Of a stretch of DNA of 32,000 bases, positions 17,992 through 26,281 are shown piece by piece; the first letter of the stretch is position 1, and the number at the start of each line of letters is the position of its first letter. The stretch is taken from assembly GCF_000172995.2 (NCBI RefSeq), contig NC_014729.1, positions 60,001 to 92,000 on the forward strand, read 5' to 3'. The translations under genes were made by a program, and so were the position numbers. The notes beneath the pieces are model-generated. The model worked only from the letters and a program-made list of their open reading frames with translations. It had not been told where the DNA came from and ran no database searches. The stretch comes from Halogeometricum borinquense DSM 11551. Its GTDB lineage: Archaea; Halobacteriota; Halobacteria; Halobacteriales; Haloferacaceae.

Positions 17992-18015
17992 CGACGCGAA
18001 AACGAATACGGTGGC

Positions 18016-18306
18016 ATGAGCGACAACGAGAACGCGGGCCGACGTGACCTACGAATGCCCGACGACGACGAGGAGTTCGCCGTCGTACAGGACATGCTCG
18101 GCGCGAACCGAGTCAAAGTGCGCTGTGCGGACGGCGTCGAACGAACTGCCCGAATTCCCGGCCGGATGCAAAAGCGCATCTGGATTCGTGAGGGGGACGT
18201 GGTTCTCGTCGAACCGTGGGACTGGCAGGATGAGAAAGCCGACGTGACGTGGCGCTACGAGAAGTCCGAGGCCGACCAACTGCGCGAAGAAGGCCACATC
18301 GCCTGA
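18016..18306 (+). CDS. eif1a: Translation initiation factor aIF-1A
   Basis: [68 protein letters not shown] is the S1/OB-fold IF-1A signature. The upstream extension in the track is Arg-rich and overlaps the promoter. Confidence 0.93.
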   Translation: MSDNENAGRRDLRMPDDDEEFAVVQDMLGANRVKVRCADGVERTARIPGRMQKRIWIREGDVVLVEPWDWQDEKADVTWRYEKSEADQLREEGHIA

Positions 18307-18473
18307 AGAAGCAGTCAACGATTCGTCCAAACGGAGTGGGGAGAACGCATCCCTAGACTGGCGATCGGGATTATATATCAGATAACGAATCGCTTAACCA
18401 AGAGCTGCTGGAGTCGAATTCCGAACACGAGACCTGTGACGCTTTTCCGTCGGGCCGTCGTAGGCCAACGTAG

Positions 18474-19382
18474 ATGACCGAGAGCGAAGAGTTCGGCCTC
18501 GTCGAGCCGGCGGAGGCGGGGACGCCCGGTGACGAGTGGGAATCGATAGATGTCACCGATACGGAGGCGGACCGTATCGCCCGAAAGCGTGACCGAAAGT
18601 TCGACGAGTTCCGAAAGCGGTTGAAAGACGCCGACCAGTTCAAGGTCGAACAGTCGGTGTTCGATGACGCGACGTTCGCCGCCATTTACAAACTTGTCCA
18701 AGATGGGCACATCGATGCGTTCGGCGGACCCATCTCGACGGGCAAAGAGGCGAACGTCTACGAAGCACTCGGTCCAGAAGATACCGACGTCGCAACCAAA
18801 ATCTACCGCATCAACGCGTCGAACTTCCGGCACATGCGCGACTACCTCGAAGGCGACCCGCGCTTCGAGGGCATCGGCAACGACAAAAAACGAGTCGTCC
18901 TTGCGTGGACGCAAAAGGAGTTTGCCAACCTCGAACGCGCCCGACAAGCGGGCGTCCGCGTCCCCGAACCCATCGCTGTCGAGCGGAACGTCCTCGTGAT
19001 GGAACTGGTCGGGTTGGTCGAAGACCGAGCGCGCCGACTCGCCGAGGTGAGCGTCGAAAATCCCCAGACAGCGTACGAAGTCGTCCGCGAGTACATGCGC
19101 CGGTTGTACTCGGCCGGGTTGGTTCACGGCGACCTCTCGGAGTACAATATGATCATCCACGACGGCGAACTCGTCATTATCGACCTCGGACAGGCAGTCA
19201 CCGTCCACCACCCGAACGCCGACGAGTTCCTGCGGCGGGATTGCCGCAACGTGGCGAAGTTCTTCTCCAGACAGGGAACAGACACCTCCGCAACCGACCT
19301 GTACGAGTTCGTCACCGACGTGGACGCGGACCCGACGGGTGATCCCGACGTGGATGAACGGGACGCCGGAACCGACGAATAA
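18474..19382 (+). CDS. rio1: RIO-type serine/threonine protein kinase Rio1
   Basis: RIO motifs STGKEANVY (nucleotide loop), HGDLSEYN (catalytic loop) and IDLGQAV (metal-binding loop). Confidence 0.92.
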   Translation: MTESEEFGLVEPAEAGTPGDEWESIDVTDTEADRIARKRDRKFDEFRKRLKDADQFKVEQSVFDDATFAAIYKLVQDGHIDAFGGPISTGKEANVYEALGPEDTDVATKIYRINASNFRHMRDYLEGDPRFEGIGNDKKRVVLAWTQKEFANLERARQAGVRVPEPIAVERNVLVMELVGLVEDRARRLAEVSVENPQTAYEVVREYMRRLYSAGLVHGDLSEYNMIIHDGELVIIDLGQAVTVHHPNADEFLRRDCRNVAKFFSRQGTDTSATDLYEFVTDVDADPTGDPDVDERDAGTDE

Positions 19383-19480
19383 AGCGGTCCGTCGAAGACC
19401 CCTACGCGGCCACGAGACGCGGCCACACGGCCCGAACCGCCGGACAAACTCTTAAACCGCTTCGCCGGATAGCGGGTGGT

Positions 19481-20023
19481 ATGCAACACGTGAAGGTCCC
19501 GCAGGACCGTATCGGTGTCCTCATCGGTGAGGGCGGCGAGACGATGCGCGAGATAGAGCGTCGGGCGGAGGTTCGGTTGGATATCGACTCGGAAAGCGGT
19601 TCCGTCGCTATCGAAGAAGTGGGTGACCCTGTGACCGGAATGGTCGCACCTGATGTGATCCGTGCGGTCGGCCGCGGATTCACGCCCGAAGCGGCACTCT
19701 CGCTTCTCGATGACGAGATGCGAGCGTTCGAACTCATCGACCTCCAGCAGCACACGCGAAACAAGAACGACCTCCAGCGACAGAAGGGCCGACTCATCGG
19801 AGAGAACGGTCGTACGCGCGAACTAATGGAGGAGCTAACTGGTGCGGAAGTCGTCATCCGTGGGACGACGCTCGGCATCATCGGCCAGCCCGAGGAAGTG
19901 GAGGCCGTCCGTCGCGCCACCGGGATGATTCTGGACGGCGCACCACACGGTGCGGTGTACTCCTTCCTCGAACGCAAGCACAACGAACTGACGCGCGATT
20001 TCGACATCCAGCCGTCCGACTGA
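19481..20023 (+). CDS. KH-domain RNA-binding protein (archaeal Dim2/Pno1-like)
   Basis: Two KH-like GxxG segments (IGEGGETMREIE and IGENGRTRELMEE). Conserved position downstream of eif1a-rio1. TATA-like CTTAAA at 19451-19456. Confidence 0.88.
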   Translation: MQHVKVPQDRIGVLIGEGGETMREIERRAEVRLDIDSESGSVAIEEVGDPVTGMVAPDVIRAVGRGFTPEAALSLLDDEMRAFELIDLQQHTRNKNDLQRQKGRLIGENGRTRELMEELTGAEVVIRGTTLGIIGQPEEVEAVRRATGMILDGAPHGAVYSFLERKHNELTRDFDIQPSD

Positions 20024-20102
20024 GAGAACAGTCGCAACGACAACCGTCCGACTGAGAAGACAGTAGCGACAACCGTCCGACCGAGACGGACAACCCGTCT
20101 CG
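20012..20102 (+). repeat. Tandem repeat of the KH-gene 3' end (units of 32, 29 and 21 nt starting CCGTCCGAC)
   Basis: Unit 1 at 20012-20043 contains the real stop (TGA 20021-20023). Unit 2 at 20044-20072 repeats CCGTCCGACTGAGA. Unit 3 at 20073-20093 is degenerate (CCGTCCGACCGAGA). Confidence 0.8.
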
Positions 20103-20113
20103 CTCTCGTTTTT
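20082..20113 (+). terminator. Hairpin plus T5 tract, candidate terminator of the eif1a-rio1-KH unit
   Basis: Perfect 8-bp stem CGAGACGG (20082-20089) / CCGTCTCG (20095-20102) with a 5-nt loop, then CTCTCG and TTTTT (20109-20113). Confidence 0.5.
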
Positions 20114-20162
20114 ACCCCGTCCGCAGAGCGACGCCTTTGGTGATCGCAGGCGAAAACACGCT

Positions 20163-20946
20163 ATGCGCGACTTCGAAACAACGGAGTTCGAGACGATGGC
20201 GGGCGTTCGCGTGCCTGCCGTCACGGCCGAGGAGATGCGCGAGGGAGACCGCATTGCGGTAGACGAAGTCGGCCTCGAACTCCTGCAGATGATGGAGAAC
20301 GCAGGGCGTGCGTTCGCGGCGACGCTCCGCGAAACGGCGGCAGACACCGAGCGAGACGGCCGATTCGTGGTCCCCACAGGAAACGGCGGCAACGGTGGTG
20401 GGGCCTCTGTGCCGCTCGACATCTGTCGAACGACGGGCAACCGGTGACTGTCGTCCTCGACCGAACCGAGACAGCGTTGTCCGGGGCCGCCGCCCACCAG
20501 CGACGAATCCTCGATGCGACCGACGTTCGGGTCGTCTCCAAACTGTCGGCGACGACTAACGCAGTCGAATCGGCGGCCGTCGTCGGCGATGCACTCGTCG
20601 GGTATGGTCTCACAGATGCCTTGCGAGGACGAGCGGCGGAACTGGTCGAGTTAGCGAACGACAGCGGTGCGCCGCTCGTCTCACTGGATGTTCCGTCCGG
20701 AGTCAACTGCCTCGGGGTATCCGCCTTGAATTTTCGATGAATGCGACGACGGGGGAGACATCGAATGTTGCGGCGACGGCAACACAGGTGCTGACGCTCG
20801 CATTACCAAAAACGGGGTTGCAAGGCGTTTCAGAACTGCTGCTGGCAGATATCGGAATTCCACGAGGCGTCTATCGTCGTCTCGGACTCTCGTACGACCC
20901 GCCGTTCGATGGTGCAGACCGCGTCCACGTCCGGGCCGTCGATTAA
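20163..20946 (+). pseudogene. NAD(P)H-hydrate epimerase (YjeF N-terminal domain family), disrupted into three reading frames
   Basis: Three consecutive ORFs in three frames (20163.., 20444.., 20737..). Read continuously they give a full YjeF_N-like protein: ...LLQMMENAGRAF...VVPTGNGGNGG / GLCAARHLSNDGQPVTVVL...VGDALVGYGL...GAPLVSLDVPSGVN / [26 protein letters not shown]...LLADIGIP. Confidence 0.75.
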
Positions 20947-21030
20947 GTATATATAGGCACCCTGTCGTGCCAACCATTATCACGATAACAGCGCCCCCGT
21001 GTGCCGGTTTGACGATGCACGTGGGAAAGT

Positions 21031-21038
21031 TTTTTATA
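21031..21038 (+). promoter_or_regulatory. Candidate TATA box (TTTTTATA) with upstream purine-rich BRE-like GGGAAAG for the thermosome gene
   Basis: About 28-31 nt upstream of the ATG at 21066. Strongest A/T element in the spacer. Confidence 0.55.
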
Positions 21039-21065
21039 GAATCGCAAACAACCAACGGACCGAGT

Positions 21066-22745
21066 ATGTCTCAGCGAATGCAGCAGGGGCAACCCATGAT
21101 TATTCTGGGTGAGGATTCCCAGCGCACACAAGGAAAGGACGCGCAGTCGATGAACATCACGGCCGGGAAGGCTGTGGCCGAAGCCGTCCGGACCACGCTG
21201 GGTCCGAAGGGCATGGACAAGATGCTGGTCGATAACTCCGGCGAGGTCGTCGTCACGAACGACGGCGTCACGATTCTCAAGGAGATGGACATCGACCACC
21301 CGGCGGCCAACATGATCGTCGAAGTCTCCGAGACGCAGGAGGACGAGGTCGGAGACGGTACGACGACGGCCGTCGTCATCGCCGGTGAACTCCTCGATCA
21401 GGCCGAGGACCTCATCGAACAGGACGTCCACGCAACCACCATCGCCCAAGGGTTCCGCCAGGCCGCAGAGAAGGCCAAAGAGGTACTCGAAGGCGACGCT
21501 ATCGACGTATCCGAGGACGACCGCGAGACGCTCGTCAAAATCGCCTCAACGGCGATGACGGGCAAGGGCGCAGAGTCCGCGAAGGACCTCCTCGCAGAAC
21601 TCGTCGTAGACTCCGTACTCGCCGTCGCGGACGACGACGGTATCGACACGGACAACGTTTCCATCGAGAAGGTTGTCGGCGGTTCCATCGACAACTCCGA
21701 ACTCGTCGAGGGCGTCATCGTGGACAAAGAGCGCGTCCACGAGAACATGCCCTACATGGTCGAGGACGCCAACGTCGCACTGTTCGACGGTGCCCTCGAA
21801 GTTCGTGAGACCGAAATCGACGCCGAAGTCAACGTCACCGACCCCGACCAGCTTCAGCAGTTCCTCGACCAAGAGGAAAAACAGCTGAAAGAGATGGTCG
21901 ATCAGCTCGTCGATGTCGGCGCAGACGTCGTATTCGTCGGCGACGGTATCGACGACATGGCCCAGCACTACCTCGCCAAAGAGGGCATCCTCGCGGTCCG
22001 CCGCGCGAAGTCCTCTGATCTCAAGCGTCTCGCCCGCGCGACGGGCGGTAGCGTCGTCGGCTCGCTCGACGACATCGAAGCGGACGACCTCGGCTTCGCC
22101 GGCTCCGTCGGCCAGAAGGACATCGGCGGCGACGAGCGCATCTTCGTCGAGGACGTCGAAGAAGCAAAGTCCGTCACGCTCATCCTCCGCGGCGGCACCG
22201 ACCACGTCGTTGACGAAGTCGAGCGCGCTATCGACGACTCCCTCGGCGTCGTCCGTACGACGCTCGAAGACGGGAAGGTCCTCCCCGGCGGTGGCTCCCC
22301 CGAGACCGAACTGTCCCTGCAGCTCCGCGAGTTCGCAGACTCCGTCGGCGGCCGCGAACAGCTGGCCGTCGAAGCGTTCGCCGAGGCACTCGACGTGATC
22401 CCGCGCACGCTCGCTGAGAACGCCGGTCTCGATCCCATCGACTCGCTGGTTGACCTCCGCGCCCGCCACGACGGCGGCGAGTTCGGTGCCGGTCTCGACG
22501 CCTACACGGGCGAGGTCATCGACATGGAGGAAGAGGGCGTTGTCGAACCCCTCCGAGTCAAGACGCAGGCCATCGAGAGCGCGACGGAAGCGGCCGTCAT
22601 GATTCTCCGCATCGACGACGTGATCGCCGCTGGCGACCTCACCGGTGGCCAGACTGGCGACGACGACGACGATGACATGCCCGCTGGCGGTGCCGGCGGC
22701 ATGGGTGGCATGGGCGGTATGGGCGGCATGGGCGGCGCCATGTGA
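21066..22745 (+). CDS. ths: Thermosome subunit (group II chaperonin)
   Basis: [27 protein letters not shown]..., [21 protein letters not shown], and a C-terminal [16 protein letters not shown] tail. Start taken at the internal ATG 21066 rather than 20967. Confidence 0.96.
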   Translation: MSQRMQQGQPMIILGEDSQRTQGKDAQSMNITAGKAVAEAVRTTLGPKGMDKMLVDNSGEVVVTNDGVTILKEMDIDHPAANMIVEVSETQEDEVGDGTTTAVVIAGELLDQAEDLIEQDVHATTIAQGFRQAAEKAKEVLEGDAIDVSEDDRETLVKIASTAMTGKGAESAKDLLAELVVDSVLAVADDDGIDTDNVSIEKVVGGSIDNSELVEGVIVDKERVHENMPYMVEDANVALFDGALEVRETEIDAEVNVTDPDQLQQFLDQEEKQLKEMVDQLVDVGADVVFVGDGIDDMAQHYLAKEGILAVRRAKSSDLKRLARATGGSVVGSLDDIEADDLGFAGSVGQKDIGGDERIFVEDVEEAKSVTLILRGGTDHVVDEVERAIDDSLGVVRTTLEDGKVLPGGGSPETELSLQLREFADSVGGREQLAVEAFAEALDVIPRTLAENAGLDPIDSLVDLRARHDGGEFGAGLDAYTGEVIDMEEEGVVEPLRVKTQAIESATEAAVMILRIDDVIAAGDLTGGQTGDDDDDDMPAGGAGGMGGMGGMGGMGGAM

Positions 22746-22896
22746 AGTTCGGCAGGAACGAACCTCACACGCCCCACGCCCCGACCCTAACCTGAATCGT
22801 CGCGCAACTGTCGGCCCCACGCCGAATCTGATTTCTTTCGACGTCACACCCGAAAGCGACGCGTTTTGCGGTCGCTCAACGGTCTCCATGAATAAC

Positions 22897-22941
22897 AAAA
22901 AGAGCGCGATGGGACTCCCGCGAACGCAGTGAGTGGGAGTC
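22897..22941 (-). terminator. Candidate tRNA trailer hairpin plus T5 tract
   Basis: 7-bp stem GACTCCC (22913-22919) / GGGAGTC (22935-22941) with a 15-nt loop, followed on the minus strand by TTTTT (22897-22901). Lies 29 nt downstream of the tRNA 3' end. Confidence 0.4.
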
Positions 22942-22969
22942 AGTCGCGCGAGCGAGGTCGTCGGCCGAG

Positions 22970-23043
22970 CGAGCGCGACGGGATTCGAACCCGCGACCAT
23001 CGGATTAGAAGTCCGACGCTCTGTCCAACTGAGCTACGCGCCC
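22970..23043 (-). tRNA. tRNA-Arg (anticodon TCT)
   Basis: Manually folded reverse complement: acceptor GGGCGCG/CGCGCTC (one G-U), D arm GCTC-AGTTGGACA-GAGC, anticodon arm TCGGA-CTTCTAA-TCCGA, variable loop TGGTC, T arm GCGGG-TTCGAAT-CCCGT, discriminator G. No encoded CCA and no intron. Confidence 0.93.
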
Positions 23044-23093
23044 TCAATTTCACACACTCGCCGGGTGTTCAAAAGCCATGCGGGTTCCGTTCG

Positions 23094-23471
23094 TTATCCG
23101 TCGAAGCGGTACAGCGATGTGACGTACGGCAGTCGGTTGAACATCCAGTAGGCGACCGGGAGACCGATGATAGTCACGGCCAACAGCGCAGCGATGTTCG
23201 CCCAGAGGAAACTGAGCCACCAGCCGACGAACACGAAGTAGACGGCGCGGACGAGAAGCGAGCGCTGTCCGCGACCGGAGTCGGGTTCCGACAGCGACCG
23301 CGGTTCTTTCAACGTTAGCACCGTCGGCACGAGGTTGATGAGTTTGATGCCGAGGGGAAGCAGAATGATAGTCGCGTTCAGCGCCCACGCCACGTTGATG
23401 ACGATGGGCGTCGCCCACCAGCCGACGAACACGAACCACAGCGCGCGAACCAAGAGGGAACGGTCGCTCAT
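23094..23471 (-). CDS. YccF-like inner membrane protein (DUF307), internal duplication
   Basis: Two homologous halves, SLLVRALWFVFVGWWATP... and SLLVRAVYFVFVGWWLSF.... Start chosen at ATG 23471, 22-28 nt downstream of a T-rich element; the alternative is ATG 23504. Confidence 0.85.
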   Translation of the reverse strand: MSDRSLLVRALWFVFVGWWATPIVINVAWALNATIILLPLGIKLINLVPTVLTLKEPRSLSEPDSGRGQRSLLVRAVYFVFVGWWLSFLWANIAALLAVTIIGLPVAYWMFNRLPYVTSLYRFDG

Positions 23472-23585
23472 AGTCGCAGAGACGGCGGCGGCCCGGAAAA
23501 ACATCGCGCCCGGGCGAAAGCTGAGCGGCGTGCGACGGTCGGACGAACGGCAACCCTAAGTCCGACAGACGAGAAGCGACCGACG

Positions 23586-24173
23586 ATGAAGGTCATCGGA
23601 ACCGTCGGTCTCCCCGGAAGCGGGAAGGGAGAGGCCGCGTCGGTCGCCCGGGAAGCGGGGGTCCCGGTCGTGACCATGGGCGACGTGATTCGCAACGAGT
23701 GCCGAGAACGCGGCCTCGATCCCGCCGAACACCACGGGAGGATAGCGAAGGCTCTCCGCGAAGAGGAGGGGTTAGACGCCATCGCGGCCCGGTCGCTCCC
23801 GCTCATCGAGGCAGAACTCGAAGATAGCGACGTGGTTCTCGTGGACGGTCTCCGCTCCGAATACGAGTTAGATCGCTTCGAGGATGCGTTCGGTGACGAC
23901 TTCGTCCTCGTGAGCATCGAAGCGCCGTTCGACCTCAGAGCCGAACGGCTGCTCGACCGCGGCCGCGACGATAGCGACGTAGACCGCGAGGCCTTGAAAG
24001 AACGAGAGGAACGCGAACTCGGGTTCGGCATGGGGACAGTGATGGACCGTGCGGACGTAGTGATTCAAAACACCGACTCGCTCGAACGGTTCCGCGAGCG
24101 AATCCAGACGCTCCTGCAGGACGGCCCCGACGCCGTCGAGTCGGACGAATCGGAAGTGGAGGGCAACGCATGA
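23586..24173 (+). CDS. P-loop nucleotide/nucleoside kinase-like protein (UPF0200 family)
   Basis: MKVIGTVGLPGSGKGEAA Walker A, with adenylate/dephospho-CoA-kinase-like size and layout. Acidic C-terminal tail. Confidence 0.8.
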   Translation: MKVIGTVGLPGSGKGEAASVAREAGVPVVTMGDVIRNECRERGLDPAEHHGRIAKALREEEGLDAIAARSLPLIEAELEDSDVVLVDGLRSEYELDRFEDAFGDDFVLVSIEAPFDLRAERLLDRGRDDSDVDREALKEREERELGFGMGTVMDRADVVIQNTDSLERFRERIQTLLQDGPDAVESDESEVEGNA

Positions 24174-24589
24174 TATACAGCGCTCACGCGCGCATCGTCG
24201 TTCCGGTGCGCGATACGGAAGTGACGGACCGAGTCGAAGACGCCGTGCGAAATATCTTCCCGAACGTCGAGTTCGAACGGGAAGCCGGTCAAATAGTCGG
24301 AGAGACGCACTCACTCGAGGAGTTCTCCGAAAAGCTCCACGAACAAGCGATTCTCGACACGGCCCGCCGGGAGTTCTCGAAACGCGACGACGAGAGCGGA
24401 TTTTCGTTCGCGCTGAAGAAACAGGCGGCGTTCAAGGATGTCGTCAACTTCTCCGTCGGCAACCCCGACGAACTCGGCGACATCGAGGTACACGTCACCG
24501 TCGAGAACCCGAGCGTCGAGGAGTTTATCGACCACATCGCGCCACCGACGGAGGAGGGGCGGCCGGTTCCGCCGGACGAACGAGAGTAG
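24170..24589 (+). CDS. UPF0201-family protein (predicted RNA-binding, COG1931-like)
   Basis: Start overlaps the UPF0200 stop by 4 nt (ATGA). The family call is from the conserved pairing and sequence feel (VPVRDTEVTDRVEDAVRNIFPN), not from a search. Confidence 0.7.
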   Translation: MIYSAHARIVVPVRDTEVTDRVEDAVRNIFPNVEFEREAGQIVGETHSLEEFSEKLHEQAILDTARREFSKRDDESGFSFALKKQAAFKDVVNFSVGNPDELGDIEVHVTVENPSVEEFIDHIAPPTEEGRPVPPDERE

Positions 24590-24625
24590 GCGAGTTAGAG
24601 CCGGTTAGGTAGAGATTATCGGTCG

Positions 24626-25696
24626 TTAGGGGACGAGCAGAACGACCAGCGCGAGGCCGATGAAGACGATTTTCAGCGCCGTGTTGACCGCGACGACCTT
24701 TGACCCGAAACGCGCCCCCCAGATACCGTACTGAAACGGGATCGAGCGTTTGAACGTCGAGACGGCAAAGGAGACGATACCGCCGACGAGCATCGTCGCC
24801 ACCGCGGTTCGCGGCGTGAACGCCTCACCGACGAGGGGAGCGATAGTCGCCGCGCCGACGGTGGTGTCGAACGCGAACACCGCAATCACCGGCACGGCCG
24901 CGCTCGGGAGTCCGAGCAGACCAGTAACCGACCCGGTCACGTCAGTAACGGTCTGAACGCCAGTCGTCCGTTCGAGAAGCCACACCGCCGCGTTCGTCTC
25001 CACCAGTGCGGTGACGAGGAAGTAGACGATAGCAAGGCGGGGGACGAGGCGCTTCAGTTTCGGCCACGTCTTCGCGCCCGCCTCGCGGATGACGGCGCGA
25101 GTCGTCTCGGGCGTGTCGAACTCGGCGGGGCCGCGGCCGTCTGCTTCGACAGCAGCGTCGGTATCAGCGTCTGTGGGAACGTCGTCCAGTCGAGCGTCCG
25201 CTCTCGAAAGCAACATCCCACCAGCGAGGACGCCGGTGAGGGTGATCCCCAACGAGATGGCCGCTCGCGCGCCGACGTACATCAGGCCGACGCGGAGGCC
25301 GAGGATGGGAATCAGAACGGGCGCGTAGAACGTGAAGATGTGCTGGACGAAGCCGAAGAACGTGTTGATCGTGACGGCGACGAGCGTGGCGGTGTCGCTC
25401 AGCCGTCCGGATTCGCGGAACTCCGCAAGCATACCGTACCCGGCGGTGGTCGAGGCGGCCGTGGTGAGAATAGCCGTCCCGACCTCGTCGGGGAGGTTCG
25501 CCGGACGAGTGAGATACTTCGAGAGACCCGCAACGTACTCGACGAGACCGAATCCGACGGCGAGGTTGGCGACGAAGACGCCGACGGCAACGAGGACGGC
25601 GATTCGAGCGACGCGCGGCAGTACCTCGACGAAGATGGGCCACAGAGTAGCGAGAGATTCGACCGACTGCACGGGAGGAGATGAGGACTGACGCAC
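24626..25696 (-). CDS. Polytopic membrane protein, probably nucleoside-recognition (Gate) domain family
   Basis: 356 aa with many TM helices. The segment AASTTAGYGMLAEF...TINTFFGFVQHIF resembles Gate/SpmA-B type domains. The functional call is tentative. Confidence 0.7.
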   Translation of the reverse strand: MRQSSSPPVQSVESLATLWPIFVEVLPRVARIAVLVAVGVFVANLAVGFGLVEYVAGLSKYLTRPANLPDEVGTAILTTAASTTAGYGMLAEFRESGRLSDTATLVAVTINTFFGFVQHIFTFYAPVLIPILGLRVGLMYVGARAAISLGITLTGVLAGGMLLSRADARLDDVPTDADTDAAVEADGRGPAEFDTPETTRAVIREAGAKTWPKLKRLVPRLAIVYFLVTALVETNAAVWLLERTTGVQTVTDVTGSVTGLLGLPSAAVPVIAVFAFDTTVGAATIAPLVGEAFTPRTAVATMLVGGIVSFAVSTFKRSIPFQYGIWGARFGSKVVAVNTALKIVFIGLALVVLLVP

Positions 25697-25723
25697 CTAA
25701 TCGGCGTCGGTTGGTGCGTCGCC

Positions 25724-26281
25724 CTACACGAACACCTGGACGGACACGAACAGCACCACCACGCCGAGTACGTCACAGGAGTTCGTCACGAGCGGAATGA
25801 CCACGTCGTCCGGGTCGAGTTCGAACTGGTAGGCCGCGTACGTCGCCGCCAGCGTAACGACGACAGCGAGGACGGCGAGGACGACACCAGAGGCCAGAGA
25901 CACCGAGAGAACAGTCCAGACGGAAAGTCGCGTTCCACCGAGGAGTGAAGTCAGCCCCCACGCGCCGACACCGACGAGAGGAAAGACAGTGACGGAGAGA
26001 GCAACGGTGGCGATAGCGTTACCCACGAGTTCCTCGTCGGTCGGATCGAACGAGAGCGTCCCCAGATGAAAGGCGGTGGAGAGACGCGCCGCGAGAATGC
26101 TCCCGAGATTACCCGCCGTCCCGATGGTGACGGGAACGAGCGCGAGCAGCGTCGGGTACTGCAACAACTGCGCCTCGAAGCTCCCCAGAACGAGTCCGCT
26201 CCCGAGTTCGACCAGCGTGAGCGCGAGAAGAACCGGAAGCATCGCCCGCGTGATGGCGCGAACGGTCCACTCGGTCGGCAC
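25724..26281 (-). CDS. MgtE-type divalent cation transporter, membrane domain only (185 aa)
   Basis: LALVPVTIGTAGNLGSILAARLSTAFHLG matches the MgtE/SLC41 TM-domain signature (P..G.AGN.G.Q). The GTG start abuts the stop of the upstream paralogue. Confidence 0.85.
   Translation of the reverse strand: MPTEWTVRAITRAMLPVLLALTLVELGSGLVLGSFEAQLLQYPTLLALVPVTIGTAGNLGSILAARLSTAFHLGTLSFDPTDEELVGNAIATVALSVTVFPLVGVGAWGLTSLLGGTRLSVWTVLSVSLASGVVLAVLAVVVTLAATYAAYQFELDPDDVVIPLVTNSCDVLGVVVLFVSVQVFV

Noticed and set aside
20395-20404. Programmed ribosomal frameshift in the YjeF_N gene
   Set aside because: There is no slippery heptamer and no obvious downstream stimulatory structure. A second independent disruption 300 nt downstream makes decay or sequencing error more parsimonious.
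20707-20741. The 35-nt insert as an archaeal bulge-helix-bulge mRNA intron
   Set aside because: I tried pairing the flanks by eye (for example CCGUC upstream with GACGG downstream), but the spacing to the putative splice sites does not fit a 3-4-3 BHB geometry. It is left as a test in the finding, not a claim.
22746-22969. The 224-nt spacer between the thermosome gene and tRNA-Arg as an ncRNA gene or integration (att) scar. It holds direct repeats CCCCACGCC(CC)GA at 22772-22784 and 22815-22825, and hairpins at 22835-22856 and 22855-22876.
   Set aside because: The repeats do not match the tRNA 3' half, and no integrase or foreign DNA is adjacent. The hairpins and T-tracts are adequately explained as terminators of the two convergent genes.
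21546-23000. 484-aa minus-strand ORF opposite the thermosome gene, reaching the 3' end of the tRNA
   Set aside because: Antisense to an unambiguous chaperonin gene, with low-complexity Val/Asp/Gly/Arg composition and a 31-nt overlap with the tRNA-Arg gene (22970-23000). Judged spurious.
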